A stretch of 64,000 bases of DNA from Chitinophagaceae bacterium (GTDB lineage: Bacteria; Bacteroidota; Bacteroidia; Chitinophagales; Chitinophagaceae): NCBI GenBank assembly GCA_019247775.1, contig JAFBAN010000248.1, positions 97-64,096 of the forward strand. The letters run 5' to 3'. The notes beneath the pieces were generated by a model. That model was not told where the DNA came from, made no database searches, and saw only the letters and a list, made by a program, of their open reading frames with translations. Below, piece by piece: positions 57,212 through 64,000 of the stretch (position 1 is the stretch's first letter; each line of letters opens with the position of its first letter). The position numbers and the translations under genes are program-made.

Positions 57212-57221
57212 TCCGAACGAA

Positions 57222-57737
57222 CTATTTTCCTGCGTTTTCGATGGTGTCGAGTACGGTTTCGGGACGGGTGTCCTGTGAGAGTTGTTCGATCTCCTTATCA
57301 TCCGCTTCTTCTATGTTCATTTTACTCGCGATAGCTTTTACCAGTTTCATGAGCTGGGTAACCTCATGCTCGGTTAACAGGCTTACCTGCAGATCGAGTT
57401 CGGCCCATTTATCGGCTTCCAGGTTCAGGTGGCGCTGGCCGATAAGAACGAAAGTGGTAAGAAAGATGGCTTCTACCGCAGCAAAAGTGGCCAGAAAAAT
57501 ATAGTTGGGATCGAAAATGGGTAAATGAAGCCAGCCCTGGTTCCAGGCGATCCATCCGCCAAACAGGAACAGGTGAAAATAGACGGAGCCCATACTGCCG
57601 GCAAAATTCGTAATGCCGGTCACCAGCTTGTCTTTCATCGTAAGCTTACGCTTATCTTCCTGCTTGCGATGCAATAGGGCATTCACATTACGCTCCACTA
57701 CCGCTGCGAGTTCGGGGATTTCGTCCTGTTCGGCCAC
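57222..57737 (-). CDS. DUF1003 domain membrane protein
   Basis: FAGSM, WIAWN, FDP, EAIFLTTFVLIGQ and LLTEHEVT. GTG start. Confidence 0.85.
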   Translation of the reverse strand: MAEQDEIPELAAVVERNVNALLHRKQEDKRKLTMKDKLVTGITNFAGSMGSVYFHLFLFGGWIAWNQGWLHLPIFDPNYIFLATFAAVEAIFLTTFVLIGQRHLNLEADKWAELDLQVSLLTEHEVTQLMKLVKAIASKMNIEEADDKEIEQLSQDTRPETVLDTIENAGK

Positions 57738-57776
57738 GATCTTTTTAATGGGATTTAAAGAAATTGTGCCAGTGCT

Positions 57777-58046
57777 TTAAGCTGCGGGGCTAACGGTAAC
57801 CGGCGATGCGGCACCGCGAAGGCGGGTCTTTGGCAGTCGTCTTTTTTTAAGTGTGCTAACCAACCGCTTTCGGACTGCCTGTCTTGCAACGGGCTTCAGA
57901 AACATGTACATCATCCAGGCCACCACTATAGGCGAGAGATAAAAGAAGAAAACGGCATAGTCCCTGGTTGCATCAACCTGTAATAAGATCCAGTACACCA
58001 ATAAATAGGCAACGCCCACGGTAGCCGCCTTCACATCACGGGCCAT
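57777..58046 (-). CDS. Small hypothetical membrane protein
   Basis: Two TM segments followed by a basic tail. Confidence 0.55.
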   Translation of the reverse strand: MARDVKAATVGVAYLLVYWILLQVDATRDYAVFFFYLSPIVVAWMMYMFLKPVARQAVRKRLVSTLKKRRLPKTRLRGAASPVTVSPAA

Positions 58047-58223
58047 AGTTCATCATTTATACTCAAGAGCGAAAAAAAGTCGTGCCAGCAGCCTCGTAAA
58101 AGAAAAACGAAGGAAAAAAGCTGAATAAGCCTGATTTTCAATGGTAGTTGGACCTCCTTCCTTTCCGGCTTCCCTTCTGTTGCAGATCCGATCCCAAGAC
58201 CGTAATTTGTTTCAAAAAATACT

Positions 58224-58628
58224 ATGCGTCCGTTATTATCTGCCCTGCTGCTGATCGTCCTGCTCGGCTTCCGGCCTGCAAACACGCCTGCCAATGAACT
58301 GGATGGCACCTGGCTGCCCATAAAACAAGAATTTTCAGGCACTGCGCTGCCGCCGGCCTCGTTCGAGAAGGAATCGCTGGTGATCAGTAACAGTACTTAT
58401 GTGTTCACCGCAGAATCGGTTGATAAAGGCGAAGCCAGGTATGCAGATGGCAAAATGGATATTTACGGCAAAGAAGGCGTTAACGCAGGCAAGCATTTTA
58501 CGGCCATCTACAAACTCGAAGACGGGCAATTATACATTTGCTATAATCTGAAAGGCGATGCTTACCCGGAGTCTTTCGATACCAAAGGAAAGCCGCTGCA
58601 TTTCCTGTCGGTGTTTAAAAAGGGTTAG
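58224..58628 (+). CDS. TIGR03067-like secreted domain protein
   Basis: LDGTW, MDI, GPN-like GVNAGK, AIYKLED.L.ICY and P..F pattern. Confidence 0.75.
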   Translation: MRPLLSALLLIVLLGFRPANTPANELDGTWLPIKQEFSGTALPPASFEKESLVISNSTYVFTAESVDKGEARYADGKMDIYGKEGVNAGKHFTAIYKLEDGQLYICYNLKGDAYPESFDTKGKPLHFLSVFKKG

Positions 58629-59643
58629 CCCCTGACCAGGTTTTTGAGGGTGCGGCTTCAAGGGCCGCTCTTGCGTATTCCAGGCATTTCCTCGTCTCCT
58701 TCACCGCATCACTTCCTGCCGGTATATCATATTCCAGCTCGATCGTGGCGGGTATCCGGTATTTTTTATCGCGGAGCCAAACAAGAATTGCCTTCAGCGG
58801 GGTATCGCCTTCACCCCAGGGCATATTGCGTCCGCCGTTGATCTTGTTCTTCCTGTCCTTGATATGCATGCTGGTAATACGGTCGTGCTTCGCTTCGATA
58901 AGGGCAAGCAAACTTGCAGGCGTATTGTTTTCACCGGCGGCGATATAATGGCCGCAGTCGAGGTTGATGGAATTGTAAGGCGACTGCGCCAATGCCGTAT
59001 CCCAGGCAGTATCGGTGGCCTGAAGATGCGCGTGATAGCCGATGAACATTTTATTTTTCTCACCCAGCTCACCAAGACGTTTCGAATGCGCCGGATCTGT
59101 AGGCAGTTCAACGGTAACGGATCTGGCGCCGAGCGCTCTGGCGGCATTCATGGCATAGGTAATTTCTCCGTCGGTATTATCGGGGTTGAGGGCATTGGGT
59201 TTGAAAGCATAGATGGTTACACCGGCCTCATTGTATTTTTTACGAAGGGTTTTGAATGCATCCATCGATACGTTCTCGCGCCAGCTCACTACCTGCTGCT
59301 GGTAGGCTTTCAGTTGTGCTTTCTGCTCGTCTGTCAGTTCAGGCCGGGGCTGGCCTGGCACCCGCGGGGGAAATTTAACGGGATTGGCGGGCTTTCCGGC
59401 CCAGTCCTCCACTGCATCGCCCATTAACTCGATGGCGCTGATGCCGCTGTCCACACAATATTGTAAGGTTTGATCAGGATTGCCCGGGAGACTGCGGAAG
59501 GAATATGTGATCGCCCCTATCTGCACGCCCCTGATCAGCGAATCAGGTTTGTCTGCTTCACGGGCAAACAGGGATTTGGTTGTAATTACGGCGATCGATG
59601 CTAATCCGGTTTGACGCAGAAATGCGCGACGTGTGTTTGGCAT
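58615..59643 (-). CDS. Sugar phosphate isomerase/epimerase (TIM barrel) with Tat signal
   Basis: RRAFL twin-arginine signal, GAITYSFR, YHAH, DCGH, HIKDR and ELEY. Confidence 0.88.
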   Translation of the reverse strand: MPNTRRAFLRQTGLASIAVITTKSLFAREADKPDSLIRGVQIGAITYSFRSLPGNPDQTLQYCVDSGISAIELMGDAVEDWAGKPANPVKFPPRVPGQPRPELTDEQKAQLKAYQQQVVSWRENVSMDAFKTLRKKYNEAGVTIYAFKPNALNPDNTDGEITYAMNAARALGARSVTVELPTDPAHSKRLGELGEKNKMFIGYHAHLQATDTAWDTALAQSPYNSINLDCGHYIAAGENNTPASLLALIEAKHDRITSMHIKDRKNKINGGRNMPWGEGDTPLKAILVWLRDKKYRIPATIELEYDIPAGSDAVKETRKCLEYARAALEAAPSKTWSGANPF

Positions 59644-59705
59644 GCTTTCGTTTTATTCTTAAAGCTAATAATTTTATCGATGTGAGTCTGGACCGACTGT
59701 CTTCC

Positions 59706-59773
59706 ACTCACCACAGAGACACGGAATACACGGACGCTCACAGAGAATGGCCCCCTTCAGAGGGCTGGGGGGT
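59706..59773. repeat. Half acacagag element fused to a half ccccttcagagggctgggg element
   Basis: ctcaccacagagacacgg..., then ccccttcagagggctggggggt. Confidence 0.7.
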
Positions 59774-59774
59774 A

Positions 59775-62306
59775 TCAATGAGAAACAGCAAATCCGAATT
59801 TGAAAGCCCAGTTCTTTGCTGCATCAGGCAATTCATAATAGCCGTAGCGACGAAACACACCTACGCCCACGCCGAGATAGAAAATACGCAGGTTGATCCG
59901 GTACAGATCATTTATCAGCAGCCCTGTTTCATACAGCCCCTTATCCGGAGACTGCAGGTTCAGCCCATTATGCTTTTCCGGATGCGGCAGTGTTCCATAA
60001 CTGATGTTCTGCGCGAGGATAATGGAGGGTCTGATATTAGCGCTGCCCGGTTTGAAAAGCAGGTTACTGAAATTCTGTTGCAGGAAGAAAGTGGCAGCGT
60101 TGGCAGAACTGAATTCGTAAGGCCCAACAGTTTGAAAAGTATTGCCAACAAAAAGTCCGGAGGCCAGCGTACCCTGCTGCTGACCTACGCCGGGTACGTT
60201 GAAGAGATAAGCGTACGGTACATCGCCCCATAATTTTCCAAGCTCCAGCTGAAAAGAAGTTTCACCGAAATGTTTGGTATTGAAACGCTGGAAATAGAGC
60301 AACGCAAATTTTGTATAATCGAGCTGCCCGTTCATCGTGCCGGGTAATCCTTTGGATACCTGCATCAGTATTTTGGTCCAGGGTTGGGTGTTGGGAATAA
60401 TGGCGCGGCCAACGCGCGCATAGGTTTCGCGTGTGGTGTAGCGGAAGCCGATGCCCGCTTCGGTATTCTGGTAGCGGCTGATGAACTGGTTATTGCCCTT
60501 GATATCGAAGCCATAGGAAAACCCGGCAGGACCACGCTCTTCCGTAAGCAACCACGCATTGGCCTGGAAATTGGGCCAGGGTTTGGTATTGAACTGCACT
60601 TTCCACTCGCGCATGCTGTCGAGTCTTGAGCTGAAAAACCCGCGCAGGGTTTTGATAGAGTACAGCGTTTCGTTCTCGATGAAATAGGGAACATTCCCCG
60701 GCTCGCGCAGGTCCTGCGCAAAAGAGAAACGGAGCTCGGTGTGATTGCGGCGGTTGAAAGTGAACAATACATTGCCGCCATATTTCCAGGCCTTATCGCC
60801 GATGCCGTAACCGGCATAGCCGCCGATGGAAACCCATTTACTGAAAAGCAGGTTTGTCTGCGCACCCGCACCGATCCTGAATTTTTCATAAGGATTAACG
60901 CCGGAGAACAGGTATTGAAAAGGCAGGTCTATTTTTCCAACCGGTATTGCCTGCAATGCCAGGGCTTCGGTGAGGCCATTGATCAGGTTGAGCATACCAA
61001 GCAGTTCCGAGGGCATATGCTCGTAGGCGCGATAAGTTGCCTGGTCTTTTATGGAAAGACTATCCGGCCGCAATGCTTTCCACTCTTCTTCAGATCTGCG
61101 GCCGGCATCGCGCGGGAATTCCATGGCGATATCGGAAAATTCATTCACTGAAAAAGATTTATCCAGTGCAATATGGGAGAGCGTGGTGCGGGTATCAAAA
61201 TAAAAAAGTGCGGAGTCGTTTTTGAGATCCTTCTGCGTGGTGTACAGGTCTAGCTGCTTTGGGAACCATTGACCTTTCACACGTTCGTATTGCTGGTGCA
61301 GCCGAAAGCCCTGCGCCATAGAACGCTCATCGGCGGGCGCGGCAGTTACCTGTTCAATGGCGTAGCGATCGGAATTGATGTAAAGGGATCCTTTCAGTCC
61401 CGTGAAATTTTTTCCGGCCCTGGGTTCAAAACTGATCACATAGGTGGTGTCCTTCCCGTGCGGGATCATTTCGCGCAGCACAAAGCGGTAGAGGCTGATG
61501 CTGCCCGGCACGATCGGGCTGGTATAAGTGCGTTCGTTGATACGGGGATAATCAAAATAGAAACCGAAGTATTCGAAATTAGCGGTGGTGATGGCCATCA
61601 TCGGATGTTTGATACCCGAGATCCTGGTGGCCAGTACTGTTTCTTTTACCTGGCGTGGATAGCGGTATTTTTTATCGGTATACGATTCTGCCACGAACAG
61701 GTAATTTTTTACCAGCTCTTTCATTGTGGAATCCTCGTGCCTGTCCTGGATGGAATCGACCATATCGGTCTTTTTCTGAGGCCTGACCCTGTGCCGGCGT
61801 GAGCTGTCTACCTTGCCTTCTGCTATCCGCCACAGGTAGGGCATGCCGCCTACTTCGGCGATGGTATAGGCATTGTATTCGTATGACTGGATGTAGAGCG
61901 GATCATTCTGCTTACGGTTTTCCTGCATGAGCAGGACGATGCGGTGGGCGGGATTGAGATCGGAGGTGACCACCACTTCATTCAGCGCTTCGGTTTTACG
62001 GCTGATGGCAATATGCAGGGTGTCGGAAATATTCTGGATCAGCACACGTTTGACCGCATAACCAGTATACCCTATGATCAGTGTGCTGCCGGCGCCGACA
62101 CGCTGGATGGAAAAACGACCATCGGCATCCGACAACGTACGTTTGTTCGTTTCTTTTACCGTGATGGTGGCAGACGCCAGCGGCGATTGGGTTGCAGAAT
62201 CGACGATAATACCATGGACCGTCCGGGCCTGGGCCGCTACGGTACGGCAGGCCAGAAAGGCCGGGATCAGGAACAACAGGAATATGAATGCACGGTAAAA
62301 GCGCAT
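59775..62306 (-). CDS. Outer-membrane protein with carboxypeptidase-regulatory-like N-domain and DUF5686-like barrel
   Basis: Signal peptide, GIIVDSAT..PL..ATI, LNEVVV, NPYEKFRIG and a C-terminal beta-strand. Confidence 0.85.
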   Translation of the reverse strand: MRFYRAFIFLLFLIPAFLACRTVAAQARTVHGIIVDSATQSPLASATITVKETNKRTLSDADGRFSIQRVGAGSTLIIGYTGYAVKRVLIQNISDTLHIAISRKTEALNEVVVTSDLNPAHRIVLLMQENRKQNDPLYIQSYEYNAYTIAEVGGMPYLWRIAEGKVDSSRRHRVRPQKKTDMVDSIQDRHEDSTMKELVKNYLFVAESYTDKKYRYPRQVKETVLATRISGIKHPMMAITTANFEYFGFYFDYPRINERTYTSPIVPGSISLYRFVLREMIPHGKDTTYVISFEPRAGKNFTGLKGSLYINSDRYAIEQVTAAPADERSMAQGFRLHQQYERVKGQWFPKQLDLYTTQKDLKNDSALFYFDTRTTLSHIALDKSFSVNEFSDIAMEFPRDAGRRSEEEWKALRPDSLSIKDQATYRAYEHMPSELLGMLNLINGLTEALALQAIPVGKIDLPFQYLFSGVNPYEKFRIGAGAQTNLLFSKWVSIGGYAGYGIGDKAWKYGGNVLFTFNRRNHTELRFSFAQDLREPGNVPYFIENETLYSIKTLRGFFSSRLDSMREWKVQFNTKPWPNFQANAWLLTEERGPAGFSYGFDIKGNNQFISRYQNTEAGIGFRYTTRETYARVGRAIIPNTQPWTKILMQVSKGLPGTMNGQLDYTKFALLYFQRFNTKHFGETSFQLELGKLWGDVPYAYLFNVPGVGQQQGTLASGLFVGNTFQTVGPYEFSSANAATFFLQQNFSNLLFKPGSANIRPSIILAQNISYGTLPHPEKHNGLNLQSPDKGLYETGLLINDLYRINLRIFYLGVGVGVFRRYGYYELPDAAKNWAFKFGFAVSH

Positions 62307-62557
62307 GCAACCAAAAATAGTGGTTGCGGCTTCGGTTTTTGGGAAATAACTGTAGAGGAAATCACAAAAATCACTGACCCCGGGATTTTTTTCAGGATAA
62401 GGGAGCCCGGTTTTTTTGCAAAAAATAAACAGATCGCCGGCAGAATGCCGCCGTTCCGCGCCAAATTCTAAAGTCTTTGTAATTTTCCTGAAAAACTTAC
62501 AAAATTCTCACATTTTAGACCTAGCTTGTCCGAATGCGTATAACTTCCGTACCGACT

Positions 62558-63547
62558 ATGAAAGAAGATTTTGTGCACCAGACTTGTTGTGAGCCGCACC
62601 GGATCCGCACCAAGGAAATCCTGAAGCAACATCCCGATATGCGCAAGCTGATCGGGAAGAATCCCAACACGATATTCGCCATTATCGGCCTCGTGGCATT
62701 TCAGTTATTGTTGTGCTGGCTGGTGTCCGACCAATCCTGGTGGATTGTGGTTGCGGCCGCTTACCTGCTGGGCGCATTTGCCGACCATGCGTTGTTCGTG
62801 ATGATCCATGAATGCGCACACCGCCTGATCTTTAAATCCAGGGCAGCCAACCGCCTGGCCGGAATGCTGGCTAATATCCCGCTGCTGTTCCCGAGCTCTA
62901 TGACCTTTGAGAAATACCATCTCAAGCACCATAGTTTCCAGGGCGTACACGAGCTGGACGGCGATCTCCCCAATTACTGGGAAGCCAAACTGATCAACAA
63001 TTTTTTCGTTGGAAAAGTGATCTGGTTGTTGTTCTATCCATTGTTCCAGCTTTTCCGTTTTCCCAGATTGAAAGAGATCAAGGCATTCGATAACTGGACC
63101 GTTTTGAACTGGGCCATCCAGGCAGTTGCGGTTACCGCCATCGCTTTGCTGTTTGGTGTTAAAGGTGTGGCGCTTTTGTTCCTGAGCTTTTTCTTTTCTG
63201 TTGGCCTCCACCCACTGGGCGCAAGATGGATCCAGGAGCATTATCTCACCAATGGTGAGCAGGAAACCTACAGTTATTATGGCGTGCTGAATAATGTGGC
63301 GTTCAATGTGGGCTATCACAATGAGCATCATGATTTCCCTTCCGTTCCCTGGAACAGGCTGCCTGAGATCCGCAAGCAGGCGCCGGCTTTTTATGATTCA
63401 CTCTCTTATCACACATCCTGGACAAAATTATTCTTCCGGTTTATTTTCGATAAGGAGATATCGTTGTTCTCACGTGTGGTAAGAAAGAACCGGGGTAAAA
63501 TTCCTCTGACAGATCCTTCTACGCCGGACCTGGAACAATACAATTAA
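62558..63547 (+). CDS. Sphingolipid Delta4-desaturase (DES1/DEGS)-like fatty acid desaturase
   Basis: N-terminal EPH..R..EIL..HP; His boxes HECAH, HLKHH and HNEHH; SYYG.LN...FNVGYHNEHHDFP. Confidence 0.88.
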   Translation: MKEDFVHQTCCEPHRIRTKEILKQHPDMRKLIGKNPNTIFAIIGLVAFQLLLCWLVSDQSWWIVVAAAYLLGAFADHALFVMIHECAHRLIFKSRAANRLAGMLANIPLLFPSSMTFEKYHLKHHSFQGVHELDGDLPNYWEAKLINNFFVGKVIWLLFYPLFQLFRFPRLKEIKAFDNWTVLNWAIQAVAVTAIALLFGVKGVALLFLSFFFSVGLHPLGARWIQEHYLTNGEQETYSYYGVLNNVAFNVGYHNEHHDFPSVPWNRLPEIRKQAPAFYDSLSYHTSWTKLFFRFIFDKEISLFSRVVRKNRGKIPLTDPSTPDLEQYN

Positions 63548-63581
63548 GCAGAATTCAAAGCTTCGATGATTCGGGGCGAGG

Positions 63582-63799
63582 TTCAATAGAAAAGTAACGA
63601 AGTAAAAAAGAAAAGAAGTTGTACTCTTTTTTACTTCGTTCTTCTTTTATTGATACCCCCGCGGACCGGAGCAGCGATAAGTTTCCCAGCTTTAGAGCGG
63701 GCAGCCCAAGGGTTTCGCTAAGAGCCAAGGAGAAAAAGAGGGTAGCAGGAGGAGATTTCTTATTGGCTCCTTTGCTCCTATCCCCTCTTAGCGAAACCC
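63582..63799. repeat. Mosaic palindromic element (A plus B)
   Basis: ttcaatagaaaag...cttcttttattga, then gggtttcgctaagag...ctcttagcgaaaccc (15-bp perfect inverted repeat). Confidence 0.85.
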
Positions 63800-63829
63800 T
63801 TCCTGGCATAATAATTAACGGCATAGGGT

Positions 63830-64000
63830 ATGGCCAGTAACCGCGATATCCGCCGCCAGTTTTCCCTGTTTGCAGAGTTATTGCAACTGCATGAGCAGGA
63901 TGAAAAACTGGCGGGCATCCTTTCAGGCACTGCCTACCGCATCCGCCGCATCGATGAGCCTTTGACGGAGCTTCCCAAAGCGGAACTGGAGGCGCTTAAA
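63830..64000 (+). CDS. Partial gene, N-terminus resembling the PolX/helix-hairpin-helix N-domain (3' truncated by the window)
   Basis: MASNRDIRRQFSLFAELLQLH...AYRIRR is open to the window end. Confidence 0.55.
   Translation, partial: MASNRDIRRQFSLFAELLQLHEQDEKLAGILSGTAYRIRRIDEPLTELPKAELEALK

Noticed and set aside
1-64000. tRNA, rRNA, tmRNA, RNase P RNA and in-frame Sec (TGA) recoding
   Set aside because: I found no cloverleaf or signature sequences by eye and no split redox gene. A tRNAscan-SE and Infernal run would be needed to exclude them formally.

Overview
Mostly core chromosome of a Bacteroidota bacterium. Gene content and TAnnTTTG-type promoters point to Chitinophagaceae; the genus cannot be fixed from sequence alone. 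There are about 60 protein genes: housekeeping (gmk, lysS, cysS, rlmD, metF, lptB, fabG, adk, msrB, mnmH), a Fur/SCO/MerC metal locus, SulP plus beta-carbonic anhydrase, paaZ, pxpBCA, a tricorn-like protease and a eukaryote-like DES1 sphingolipid desaturase. I saw no rRNA, tRNA, CRISPR array, transposase or prophage gene. The most interesting signals fall below the 60-aa ORF cutoff or between genes: (1) a 13-aa leader ORF MRHPLISCCCCCC (17158-17199, minus), directly upstream of cysS and behind its own promoter-like box, which is a candidate cysteine-sensing attenuator; (2) two secreted Cys-containing small proteins ending in H-x(0,1)-PP, one 40 nt ahead of SulP-carbonic anhydrase, which are candidate arrest-peptide leaders; (3) several families of intergenic palindromic or heptamer repeats, one of which abuts a GxxExxY nuclease gene inserted in the paaZ operon; (4) an unannotated 41-aa lipoprotein with a CGCP tail; (5) two diverged inverted copies of a structured element whose central hairpins have been swapped. 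All family assignments are motif recognition by eye; no database search was run. Many starts were moved inward from the ORF track.
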